Of a stretch of 64,000 nt of DNA, positions 21,652-31,019 are shown piece after piece. A model generated the notes under the pieces. It ran no database searches and was not told where the DNA came from. It worked only from the letters and a program-made list of their open reading frames with translations. Position 1 is the stretch's first letter, and each line of letters opens with the position of its first letter. The position numbers and the translations under genes are program-made. Source of the DNA: an uncultured Rivularia sp. Lineage in GTDB: Bacteria > Cyanobacteriota > Cyanobacteriia > Cyanobacteriales > Nostocaceae. Location of the stretch: assembly GCA_963665115.1 (NCBI GenBank), contig OY762007.1, positions 1,120,001 to 1,184,000 of the forward strand, in the 5' to 3' direction.

Positions 21652-23766
21652 TTAACTTGTAAGTATCGTCAAAACATTAAAAATAAATAAGATTACCATC
21701 AGATAAGTATTAAATTGACAGCGAATAATTTTTAATAAAACCTTGAAAAGATTGTTGTCTGCTTCAAATTTACTTGTATTTGCCTGAAGCTTTGATAAGC
21801 AATAGGAAGTTTTAGTTAATGCTTGTTGATAGAGCGAGAAATTCCACACAATTATAATTAGACAACTACTCAAACTAACTAAGTAGGCTAAAATTGTCCA
21901 TTTTTGACCGCTGGAAGACATGGTTTCAAGTCCATATCTAAATTCAAAGTTTCTCACAATTTCTATAATAATCAAAATACTAACATATGGAGCAATGTCA
22001 TTAATAAATCCCCATGTATATTTTGTATAATTTTGGTTGATAATTTTGACGATTTGAGATGTTTTATCTTGAAGTATATTAAAATTATTTTCTATTTCCT
22101 TTAATCGATAATTTAATTTGATGGTTCGTTTCAGACTTTGATTGTAGGCTTGGAAAGCAGCATAAACGCTAACAAAGCAAAAAGGTACGGCTACGAAGAA
22201 GTATAAAATAAAAGAGCAAGGAAAATATAAAATTATTGGTAAATGATAATCTCTAAATTTTTGATTGCTGTTTTCATATCCAGAAATCTGATATGGTAGT
22301 GAAAAAATTATATGATAAAGTAAAAATGAAAATATAAAAATCGACAAAGATATTGCTGCAAAACGGTATATTTTTGCAGATTTGGCTTGACTTCGTAAAA
22401 TCTCTACAGCTTCTTTTCTCCATACAATACCAACTAAATAAAAGTGGTTGATTAGTAAAAAAGCGCTGCGAATAAATTCAATTAAGCTTCCATATTCCCC
22501 AAAATCTCGTATCCACGGTTCGCTGCCAGATAAATGATAAGCCGATCCAAGGGAGATACCGCAGATAATTAATAAAATTCCGTAGTAGCTTAAGATTTTA
22601 GCTAGATATGCAGTCGATGGAGGTAATCTAGGTTGTGTATCTAATTCTTTCCACTCCTGCTGAAAAAACCAAAATGAACCTAACTGTTTATCGATCCAGT
22701 TTTGATTGAAAATTTCTTGATAAATACGGTTAGCTATTTTCAGCTTTCCTTGCTGTTTAACTACTAATCCAGAAAGTCTTAATTCTACTTCTTCGTAACT
22801 ATTAGTAGTTTCGATTTCACCTTGACAATAAATTATTTGATACAGTTCTATTAATATTACAGCACGTTGTTTATCGTGAAGCAGTCGATCGCGTATTGTT
22901 CTTAAATGTTCTGGCTCATCCCGTGCTTCCCAGCTTTCAATGAGGTGGGTTTGCACTAACTCGGTAATATCGGGGTTTTCGGTTCCCGCGTCAACTACTA
23001 ATTGACATAATTTTTGAGTTAGAAACGGTTGTCCCCCCGTCCATAAAAGCACTTCTGATAAAGTTTTTTCGGGATTATCTACTTTGTTTGCAAATCCTTT
23101 TGTTAAAGATAATTTGGCTTCTTCTAGTTTAAAACCTTTTAACTCAATTGCTTGACCGATATTAAAAGGAGTGCGTCTTTTGTCTTCAATTAAAGTTGAT
23201 GGTGTTGCTACTCCGAGCAAGCAAAAAGTAAGACGGTTGTATTTGGGATTGTCGGCGCGTTGGTTGTAGCAACTGCGAATAAATGCGAAAAAATCATCGG
23301 TTGGAAAATCTAAACTAATAACGCTATCAATTTCGTCAATGAAGATGACAATGTTTTCCGAAATCGATTCTAATAATACTTCGTTGATGATTTCACTTAC
23401 TCGCTGTACCCCCGAAAGAAAATCGCGATCGCGCCACCATTGTTTCCAGTCAACTTTAATCGAACGTCCAAAAGTTCTAAATAAGCGATAGGCAATACCT
23501 TTGTACCATTGTTCTGAGGTAACTTGGCTGCCAGTTGCGGTTAAATCAATTGCAGCACAAGCAGTACCGTTAGCTTGCAACCTGTTCATAGTGCGGACTC
23601 GCAAGCTCGATTTACCCATTTGACGCGAGTTGAGTACGTAGCAAAATTTTCCAGCTTTCAAACTGCGATAAAGTTCGTCATCTGCTTTTCGTTCAACATA
23701 AGTAGGATCGTTTGCTGGTAAACTTCCCCCTTGATATTTATAAGCGTAGGTTGGTTCTTCTGTCAT
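21652..23766 (-). CDS. AAA_35 (STAND-like) NTPase with a C-terminal multi-pass membrane domain
   Basis: YQGGSL...YVER.AD; NSRQMGKSS; IFIDEID; TPFNIG; WTGGQPFLTQKLC; several hydrophobic segments in the C-terminal half. Confidence 0.88.
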   Translation of the reverse strand: MTEEPTYAYKYQGGSLPANDPTYVERKADDELYRSLKAGKFCYVLNSRQMGKSSLRVRTMNRLQANGTACAAIDLTATGSQVTSEQWYKGIAYRLFRTFGRSIKVDWKQWWRDRDFLSGVQRVSEIINEVLLESISENIVIFIDEIDSVISLDFPTDDFFAFIRSCYNQRADNPKYNRLTFCLLGVATPSTLIEDKRRTPFNIGQAIELKGFKLEEAKLSLTKGFANKVDNPEKTLSEVLLWTGGQPFLTQKLCQLVVDAGTENPDITELVQTHLIESWEARDEPEHLRTIRDRLLHDKQRAVILIELYQIIYCQGEIETTNSYEEVELRLSGLVVKQQGKLKIANRIYQEIFNQNWIDKQLGSFWFFQQEWKELDTQPRLPPSTAYLAKILSYYGILLIICGISLGSAYHLSGSEPWIRDFGEYGSLIEFIRSAFLLINHFYLVGIVWRKEAVEILRSQAKSAKIYRFAAISLSIFIFSFLLYHIIFSLPYQISGYENSNQKFRDYHLPIILYFPCSFILYFFVAVPFCFVSVYAAFQAYNQSLKRTIKLNYRLKEIENNFNILQDKTSQIVKIINQNYTKYTWGFINDIAPYVSILIIIEIVRNFEFRYGLETMSSSGQKWTILAYLVSLSSCLIIIVWNFSLYQQALTKTSYCLSKLQANTSKFEADNNLFKVLLKIIRCQFNTYLMVILFIFNVLTILTS

Positions 23767-23846
23767 TAATTAATATATTTATTTTTATAGAATAAACAGA
23801 TGTTTGTAGTACTCCGCCACATTAATTTTAAAGGGTAAAAAACTTG

Positions 23847-23959
23847 CATCTTGCACCAATGTCAGAAACCCGGTTTATTGCTGGTTAGATTAAAGGATAA
23901 TAATTTTTTCACGCATAGAAACCGGGTTTCTTTAGGCTTGATGAGAATGGTGCAAGATA
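23847..23959. mobile_element. MITE-like element with CATCTTGCACCA/TGGTGCAAGAT ends
   Basis: Terminal inverted repeats plus internal GAAACCCGGTTT/AAACCGGGTTTC; similar copy at 29443-29555 and same ends at 29269-29430. Confidence 0.7.
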
Positions 23960-23976
23960 TCAATGAAAATCAATAT

Positions 23977-25329
23977 CTACGCTAACAAGCAATCGTGTAA
24001 ATACAAGCGATACAAATTACAGCGAGGTTCTATTTTGTTACCGCACCAATGCACTAATCCCATGCTGTGGAGTTTAAATGCTTCCTCCGAATCAATTCTT
24101 ACTGGCTGTTTTTCTTCAACTACATTTCTCATCGCTGCTATTAATTTAGAATCTTGCTGTAAATCCTGACTAATTTTTCGTAAATGATTTCTATACAGTC
24201 CAGCTTCAGTAGCTGCTGTTTGCAAAAATTCATCTATTTTTACGTATGGCTGGTTTTTAATATTAGTAAATGCTTTATGCAAAAGATAGGGATGTCCGCC
24301 TACTATTGCCATCAGTTTCTCAATTAAAATACAATCTTTATCGAGTTCGTATTGTTGGGCTAAATGCTGAACTTGCTCAATATTAAACTCGGGTAATTCA
24401 ATTGGTAATCCAACATTAAAAGGCGATTGGTTGATCTGTAAGGGAATATAAACTTCAGTTGAGTGGGCTACTATCAAACGCAATTTTTTCCAATCATCGA
24501 GAAACTTTGCATCTTCATACCAAGAGCGCAATAATCCGAAAAAGTCTGCTGCAACTTCTTGATACTTAAAAACTCTATCTACGTTATCTAAACCTAACAC
24601 TAAGGGAGTATCTATATTCGCTAAAATATAATCTTCAAAATAAGCGGTACAGTTATCATTACTGCTAGAATCTGCATCCCAGAAATCGGCTATATTATTT
24701 TTCAGTTTTAACCGTCTGCTGATGCTGCTACACAACCAACGTAACAATTTATCCAAATTTTTGATAGTACATTCATCCGCTTGCAATAGATTTAAATGTA
24801 CTGTTTTATAACTCTGCTTTGTCGCTGAATCAAAAATCTTGTTCATCAAACAAGTTTTGCCCATTTTCCAAGGAGCTTTGATCCGAATTAGCGCCCCTGG
24901 CTGCGAAATCTCTTGATAACACATAGATTCCACGGGAGGACGATTTATATAACTATCAGTAATAATTAACGATTCTTGCTTAGTAAAATTATCTGGTAAC
25001 GGTAAATTTTCCTTGGGAATAGAATTATCTTGCAAGCACCGTTTTAATGCTTCCTTGAAATTATTTTTTTTAACTTTTTCTCCCAAAGCTCCTGAAAGTA
25101 GCTTCCACAATTTAGGAGCCACATCTTGACTTATATAACTTAAGGTGTAGTTATTTTCCTCGGAAATCTTACCATAATCCTGTTTGTGCCAAGCCCCCCG
25201 GATGATTGCCGTTTCAACATCCGTTAAATTTCTCTGCGTTTTAGAGTAGATAAGATTATTCGCAATTTTTAGCGCTTCATCTAATACAAAGTCCATTTTT
25301 ATAGATTTTCTCACATAGGGAACCGACAT
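23977..25329 (-). CDS. AAA_35 NTPase with an N-terminal HTH-like domain
   Basis: LTDVETAIIRGAW...Y...YISQDVAPKLWKLLS..LGEKV.K.N; APWKMGKT; LGLDNVD; SPFNVG; VGGHPYL. Confidence 0.85.
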   Translation of the reverse strand: MSVPYVRKSIKMDFVLDEALKIANNLIYSKTQRNLTDVETAIIRGAWHKQDYGKISEENNYTLSYISQDVAPKLWKLLSGALGEKVKKNNFKEALKRCLQDNSIPKENLPLPDNFTKQESLIITDSYINRPPVESMCYQEISQPGALIRIKAPWKMGKTCLMNKIFDSATKQSYKTVHLNLLQADECTIKNLDKLLRWLCSSISRRLKLKNNIADFWDADSSSNDNCTAYFEDYILANIDTPLVLGLDNVDRVFKYQEVAADFFGLLRSWYEDAKFLDDWKKLRLIVAHSTEVYIPLQINQSPFNVGLPIELPEFNIEQVQHLAQQYELDKDCILIEKLMAIVGGHPYLLHKAFTNIKNQPYVKIDEFLQTAATEAGLYRNHLRKISQDLQQDSKLIAAMRNVVEEKQPVRIDSEEAFKLHSMGLVHWCGNKIEPRCNLYRLYLHDCLLA

Positions 25330-25370
25330 TTATCCGCAGCAATACATCTAAGTAAAGCTCTAACTTTATA

Positions 25371-25410
25371 TACCTCAATTTACCTGAAGATTCCTGAAAA
25401 CCTCTGAAAG
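25371..25410. promoter_or_regulatory. Four 10-bp-phased direct repeats (CT[G/C]AA); candidate operator in a divergent promoter region
   Basis: CTCAA at 25374; CTGAA at 25384, 25394 and 25404. Confidence 0.45.
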
Positions 25411-25531
25411 TTCCCGCATCACAGTCAAATTACTTAGGTTAAAGTACTCCACAATTTATCTCAAGTTGTAAAATTATTAACCGTGCATACTTATAGATGT
25501 AAGCCAAACACACCAAGCGTGAGTTGAAAAA

Positions 25532-27100
25532 ATGAAACGATTGATAAGTCTTACTAGTGCGATCGCAGTTTCTACATTAAATGTAGCTGCTAGCGTACCA
25601 GTATCTGCACAAAGCAGTATTCAAGGGCCAATTAAAGAATTTGAACGTCCGATAAGTATCGATAAAGTAGAAGCTCCTATAAAAGGATTTGAACGTCCCA
25701 ATCCTGGTGAAGTAAGAATCAATAAAGCGCCTATAAATAAAAAGATTGAAAGCGTTCAAGTTGATAAGAGCCAAATTCAAATTATTAAGAAAAAGCCTAC
25801 TCAATTCAAAGCTTTTGACGTTAAAGATCCACAAACGGGTAAAGCAATACCTCCAAGTACAATACTAACGTTACCTAATGGAAAAAAGGTAAACGCTGGA
25901 GAATATTACGCTCAATTAAACAAGCTAGAAAGAGAATTTAACCAAATTGGTTATTCTTTACGTCAGCCTGCGGAAGAAGTTACCATCCAAAGTTCTACTA
26001 TTAATAAGCAGGAGTTACAAAAGCAGCAACAGCTTCTGCAAAAAACTCCAGAAAAAATCGACCGCAGTGTTGAGATTCAAAAGCAATTGGAGCCAAGTGA
26101 GGTTCTTAGAACTATTAATAAAGGACCAATACAGCAAATCGATCCTAAATTGCCAGGGGGAGTAATTAATCCGAGTCAACCACAACTCGATATTAAACCT
26201 CAAAGACCTCAAATAGAAAATCCTCAGATTAATCCGGGTACTATAAAGCCAATTAATCCACAACTCAAGCAAACCAAAGGTAACTTCAAACTAGCTCAAG
26301 CTTCCGGCTCTCGTACATATACCAGAACTTGGAATAAACAGGTTGGTAGAAGAAGTACTTTCGCTGCTTATCTCAGAGGAAAACTACAGTTAAAAGGCTC
26401 CAGAACTTATACCAGAGCTAATGCTGAAGGTAGTACTGGTGGCTATGCATTCAATCGCAATTTTGAATTAGCACGCGGCACAGCAACAGTATATGCACCC
26501 GTATCCGGTAGAGGTACAGTCAACACTAGTCTATACGTCGCCAGACAAAACGTCTATAATTTCCAAACCGGATTTGCAAATCGTTTTTCTAAGGGAGATT
26601 CCTTTTCTCGCTCCTTAGATTTCGGAGTTGCCAATATTAGATTCTTCGTCGGTCCAATTCCGATGAGTGCCAGGTTTGGCGTTCGAGGAAGTGCAGGCTT
26701 CAGATATAATATGGCGGCTTCGGGTGCATACAGATATGCTTATGCACGATTGAATCCCTTTGTCAATTCTAGAGCTTATGGACAGGGTGGTGCTGACATC
26801 GTAGTTGGTGGTGCTGGAGTAGGTGCTAACTTATTATTGCTCAAAGATAATCTTAACGCTTACGCTTCAGCTAGAGTCGGTTTTGCTTCAGGTAATCGCG
26901 CATATCTACAAAGTTACTACTCTGTTTACAACGATATGGAAGCTCTGAGCGGTAAAGCTTATGCTTACGCTTACGTCTACGTTCCCAGATTTGGTATTCC
27001 ACCCTGGAGAAAGAAGCAGTGGAATTGGAACATCTTTGACTGGACTGGCTTTAAGCAAAGAGGTTACTTACTCCGTGGCTCGAACAGAGTCTACTTTTAA
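25532..27100 (+). CDS. Secreted protein with a P/Q/I-rich N-half and an aromatic/Gly-rich beta-strand C-half
   Basis: Signal peptide ending VSA-Q; alternating amphipathic strands (FFVGPIPMSARFGVRG..., AYAYAYVYV, WNWNIFDWTG). Confidence 0.8.
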   Translation: MKRLISLTSAIAVSTLNVAASVPVSAQSSIQGPIKEFERPISIDKVEAPIKGFERPNPGEVRINKAPINKKIESVQVDKSQIQIIKKKPTQFKAFDVKDPQTGKAIPPSTILTLPNGKKVNAGEYYAQLNKLEREFNQIGYSLRQPAEEVTIQSSTINKQELQKQQQLLQKTPEKIDRSVEIQKQLEPSEVLRTINKGPIQQIDPKLPGGVINPSQPQLDIKPQRPQIENPQINPGTIKPINPQLKQTKGNFKLAQASGSRTYTRTWNKQVGRRSTFAAYLRGKLQLKGSRTYTRANAEGSTGGYAFNRNFELARGTATVYAPVSGRGTVNTSLYVARQNVYNFQTGFANRFSKGDSFSRSLDFGVANIRFFVGPIPMSARFGVRGSAGFRYNMAASGAYRYAYARLNPFVNSRAYGQGGADIVVGGAGVGANLLLLKDNLNAYASARVGFASGNRAYLQSYYSVYNDMEALSGKAYAYAYVYVPRFGIPPWRKKQWNWNIFDWTGFKQRGYLLRGSNRVYF

Positions 27101-27265
27101 AGGAAGTAGGGGGTAGGGAAGAGTTAGGAGTTATGAGTAGCAAGTAGTAAGTAGTAAGTAAACTATCATCGCTACTCGTTACTCGCTACTTTAATAATCC
27201 CCTTGTCCCCCATCTCCCCCTCTACCCCATCTCCCCCCCCTCTCCCCCTCTCCCCCTCTAAAACT

Positions 27266-29251
27266 ATGTCTTCCAATACTCATCGACAAATAAAAAGATT
27301 ATCTCAACGCTATAAATCGATTTTAATTATTTCTGGTTTACTGATTTTTGCCGTTCCGGGAGCAGTTGTTTACGGTAAACAATTCAATCAATTTGGTAAT
27401 GTTTTAACTTCTAGAGTTTTAAATCAACAAACATTACCAGCTTACCAATTTACTCCCGGTCAGCGTTTAGTTTACAATGTTGATTATCAAAATCATTCTC
27501 AGTCTGACCTCAGAGTTTTATTTCAAGATATAAAAACTAATAATTCTGCTGCCCCAGCGGGAGTTAATACTTTTACAAACGACTTTCAAGTTAGCCTTCA
27601 AGGTCAGTTAGTTATAACCGTTTTAGAACAAAAAAAAGATAAAATACTTGTTTCCTATAGTTTACCAAACTCCGCAGTAAAAATTACTTCTAGCGGACAA
27701 GAAGCGGTAGAGCAAGGGCAACTCATCCAAGGTGATTTAAAACAAGATATTTTTGCCGAGCTTAACCCTCAAGGTAAAGTAATTTCTGTTAGCTTTGACC
27801 AAAATGTCAGCGATATTGCTCAAAATTTTGCTCGTACTCTTTTAGGTATTAGTCAATTCGTCACCCCTAGTTCCGACCGCAATCCTAGCAACTGGGAAAC
27901 TAAAGAAGATGACCCCAACGGTAAGTATATTGCTCGTTACGAAAGTAGTTGGGGAAAATTTGAAAAAACCAAACTGCGTTATTTAGAATCAGTTAGCGGG
28001 AAAAAACCAGATGCATCAGATGTAAAGACTACAATCAAACCTGAAGGTAAATTAACCGCTAATTTTAATCTTAAAAACGGATACTTAACTTCTCTCCAAG
28101 GTACCGAGTCACAACAAATAATTATTTCTAAAAAGAATGTCGGACAAGTAAAAACTGATTTGGATATGACTTATGTCAGCCAAACTGTTTTAAATCCCCA
28201 ACAATTAACTCAACTGCAAAATGCTAGAACAGAACGCGATCGATTAGCACAGTCGGTAGCACTTTCTGCAACTCCCTCGGAAGCAGAAACAGAAGCCAAG
28301 ATTCAGCGTCAAGAATTAGGAGATGCTACCTTAAAAACCTTGCTTGCTGACTTAGAGAAAGCTGAAGCGTCATCAGATAGTAATCAAAATCATACTCCTT
28401 TATATCTTAAGTTAAAAGCTTTAGTATATTTACAGCCAGAGACGAGTCAAACTTTAGGAAAACTATTACTTGAAGCCGATGCTCAAAGTTTGACAATGCA
28501 AATTCTATCGGGAGCATTAAGTGCTGTAGGTAATTCTCAAGCACAAACCGCACTTGTTAATACTATTAATACTCGCAGTCAAGATTGGGATGCAATGTAT
28601 GTATTAGTTCCTAGTTTGGGTTCGGTAAATAATCCTACTCAAGAAACAGAAAATATTTTAAATCAATTAGCATTTAATTCTAAGGACGAACGGATTGCTT
28701 CTACCGCTCAACTGGCTTTAGGAACAGTAGCGTATAACTTAACTCAAACATCGCCGAATAGAGCCAATCAAATTGTCAAACAGTTTGCACAAAAGCTGTC
28801 AAAAACAGAATCCGAAGAACAAACTAGACAATATTTATTAGTTTTAGGAAATACTGGTTCTGCAAACGCATTTGATACCATAGTTTCATTTACAAAAGCT
28901 TCCGCACCGAAAATTCGTGGTGCTGCAACATCAGCATTACGGTTAATTGATAACAAGCAAGTTGACAAAGTAATTACAACAATATTAACTGGAGATGCAG
29001 ACGATAGCGTTAGATTAGAAGCCGCAACAACATTAGGATACCGAGAAATAAATCCAGAAACTTTTAAAATCCAAAAGCAGGCATTTACCTCAGAAAAATC
29101 AGTTACAGTTCGCTTAGGGCTATTAAGAAATTTGTGGCAAGTTCGCGAACAGTTTCCCGAAGTCAAGAAACTTGCTGAAAAAGCCGCTCAAAATGATGCT
29201 TCTCCCGAAGTTAAAGAAGCAGCAGCAAGTATTCTTGAGACAGATTTTTGA
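27266..29251 (+). CDS. Membrane-anchored or exported protein with a vitellogenin/MTP-like N-terminal beta domain and a HEAT-like superhelix
   Basis: N-terminal hydrophobic helix; YQFTPGQRLVYNVDY, GKVISV, KEDDPNGKYIARY; helical LSAVGNSQAQ, LALGTVA, LLVLGNTG; HEAT repeats. ATG at 27266 follows a low-complexity leader. Confidence 0.65.
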   Translation: MSSNTHRQIKRLSQRYKSILIISGLLIFAVPGAVVYGKQFNQFGNVLTSRVLNQQTLPAYQFTPGQRLVYNVDYQNHSQSDLRVLFQDIKTNNSAAPAGVNTFTNDFQVSLQGQLVITVLEQKKDKILVSYSLPNSAVKITSSGQEAVEQGQLIQGDLKQDIFAELNPQGKVISVSFDQNVSDIAQNFARTLLGISQFVTPSSDRNPSNWETKEDDPNGKYIARYESSWGKFEKTKLRYLESVSGKKPDASDVKTTIKPEGKLTANFNLKNGYLTSLQGTESQQIIISKKNVGQVKTDLDMTYVSQTVLNPQQLTQLQNARTERDRLAQSVALSATPSEAETEAKIQRQELGDATLKTLLADLEKAEASSDSNQNHTPLYLKLKALVYLQPETSQTLGKLLLEADAQSLTMQILSGALSAVGNSQAQTALVNTINTRSQDWDAMYVLVPSLGSVNNPTQETENILNQLAFNSKDERIASTAQLALGTVAYNLTQTSPNRANQIVKQFAQKLSKTESEEQTRQYLLVLGNTGSANAFDTIVSFTKASAPKIRGAATSALRLIDNKQVDKVITTILTGDADDSVRLEAATTLGYREINPETFKIQKQAFTSEKSVTVRLGLLRNLWQVREQFPEVKKLAEKAAQNDASPEVKEAAASILETDF

Positions 29252-29268
29252 TTGGTTTATAGTATTTA

Positions 29269-29555
29269 CATCTTGTACCAATTTTAATATTGCCGGGGAA
29301 TAGAATTAAAAGTCTCATAGCTAAAGTTGTCTTTAGACGGCTGGGTAAAATATTTAGTGCGTTTCAAGGTACTTTGTCTATGAGCCTGGGAATTTATTCC
29401 AAGGCGGTGTTGCGAATGGTGCAAGATGTCAGTTTCTATTTACATCTTTCAGCAGTGTCAGAAACCCGGTTTTTTGCTGGTTAAATTGCGAGATAATAAT
29501 GTTTTCACGAATAGAAAGCCGGTTTCTTTCAGCTGATTGATAATGCTGCAAGATA
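29269..29555. mobile_element. Two adjacent MITE-like elements with CATCTTG.ACCA/TGGTGCAAGAT-type ends
   Basis: Terminal inverted repeats; the second copy aligns with 23847-23959. Confidence 0.65.
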
Positions 29556-29636
29556 TAAATAGTGAGGAATGCCTCTAAATCCGAGTGATAAATCGCTTAC
29601 TACAAACCTTAATTAACTATCAAAACCGATTGCAAT

Positions 29637-30020
29637 TTATCTTCCTTCACAACTCCTCACCTTCATCATCTCTGCTAACAGAGTAAATAAAACAATCCCG
29701 CAAAAATCCGCAGCTAAATCAACTAAATCGAAGCTACGGTTGGGTGAAAACATTTGCAAGCATTCTTCGATTAATACAAAAACGCTAATAATAATCGGTA
29801 CTAAAGGCAGGGAAAAATTTAAAATACTTATTTTACGTTTTTTAAATGCTAAATGTCCCAAAAAAGCCGAAAATCCCATTAATAGAAAATGTAAAATGGT
29901 GTCGTAATAAGGAAACTGCTTTATTTCATTGGGAATAATCTTTAAATAAGCTGATATAGATATTGATATAATCACTCCGATGTAAAACCAAAAGGCGATT
30001 ACCCAGTTACGATTAGTCAT
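29637..30020 (-). CDS. VanZ-like membrane protein
   Basis: DTILHF...EECLQMFSPNRSFDLVDLAADFCG. Confidence 0.85.
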   Translation of the reverse strand: MTNRNWVIAFWFYIGVIISISISAYLKIIPNEIKQFPYYDTILHFLLMGFSAFLGHLAFKKRKISILNFSLPLVPIIISVFVLIEECLQMFSPNRSFDLVDLAADFCGIVLFTLLAEMMKVRSCEGR

Positions 30021-30043
30021 TACAAATTATGTATATAAAATAA

Positions 30044-30084
30044 AAAAGCGTCTGTTGATAGCTCCAAGCATAACAAACGCTTTT
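30044..30084. terminator. Probable intrinsic terminator
   Basis: AAAAGCGTCTGTT...AACAAACGCTTTT hairpin with A/T tails. Confidence 0.5.
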
Positions 30085-30224
30085 ACGTAAATACCGATTA
30101 AAGCAAGTAGTAAAACAATAAATATTTACCTAGGGTAAGCGGCAAGTTCGCGCAATTTTGCTTTCAACTGTTCCACTTCTGCTTCTGCTTGTTCAGCAGG
30201 TTGCGAATTCAATCCAAAATCGTT

Positions 30225-30488
30225 CTACCCTCCTTGCTGATTCGCTTGCTCTTGCAGCCAAGAATCTACTGGTTGTCCATCTTTGCGCTTTAACTCAATT
30301 TCAACAACCATTACTTCTTTTGAACCGGGAGGTGCCGGTTTTTTGTGAAAAAGAATATCGTAATCAGCCGGATTTTGATTGCGCTCTTTTAACCAATCCT
30401 GCACTTTTGTTGTTGCAAAAAACGATTGCCCTTGCTCAAACATCGAGGTAATCTGCATTTGCAGGTTATAAGGATTTAGTTTGCCCAT
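30225..30488 (-). CDS. Small hypothetical protein
   Basis: 87-aa ORF with a plausible RBS (AAAGGCGG) and normal composition. Confidence 0.75.
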   Translation of the reverse strand: MGKLNPYNLQMQITSMFEQGQSFFATTKVQDWLKERNQNPADYDILFHKKPAPPGSKEVMVVEIELKRKDGQPVDSWLQEQANQQGG

Positions 30489-30779
30489 TGTAAAGCCGCC
30501 TTTGTAAAGAAATTTTTAGTTTGGGTATTATCCCAGTTATTTTTATATAATAATTAATGTACGGCAGGGAGTGCCGGAATCAACGCTTGAGGAGCTAGTT
30601 GCAAGACTAGGATAACACCGATACTAGAATGTTCGGTGTGCCCAAGAAGCTAAACCCTTGTGGTTTATGCACTTCAAAATTTTTAAGGATGGGCAGGCTT
30701 TTGTCTGCCCCCTAATATTTTTCAACTATTCCTCCATAGCACTTGTAAAACATTAATTTTATAGTGTTGTTTAACTTCA

Positions 30780-31019
30780 ATCGTAAGAAGTCCCACACCT
30801 ATCTGTAAGAAGGTGTTGGGATGAATTAGTACCCTGGTTTATGGTATTATCAAGAATGTAGGTGTAATCCAATTAAATGCAGAAATGCAGCCTATAAACA
30901 CAAAAACAATCTGATAAAAAGTCCCTAGGGCGTAGGGCTTGAAAGCTCGGTCAATGTTCTCATAGAGGAGTCACCGAGAAGCCTACATCATAATCTGTGA
31001 TTTGATGTAGGTACGTCAC
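30780..31019 (+). mobile_element. Miniature non-autonomous IS200/IS605-family element (both ends plus a tnpB 3' remnant)
   Basis: Left hairpin CCCACACCT/AGGTGTTGGG; right hairpin CCTACATCA/TGATGTAGG preceded by GAGAAG and ending GTCAC; degenerate NAA-like codons (AATGCAGCC). Confidence 0.6.

Noticed and set aside
30645..30671. TGCATAA on the minus strand upstream of the 87-aa gene
   Set aside because: The sequence after N14 is GCTTCT, with no CC element, so it was not counted in the regulon.
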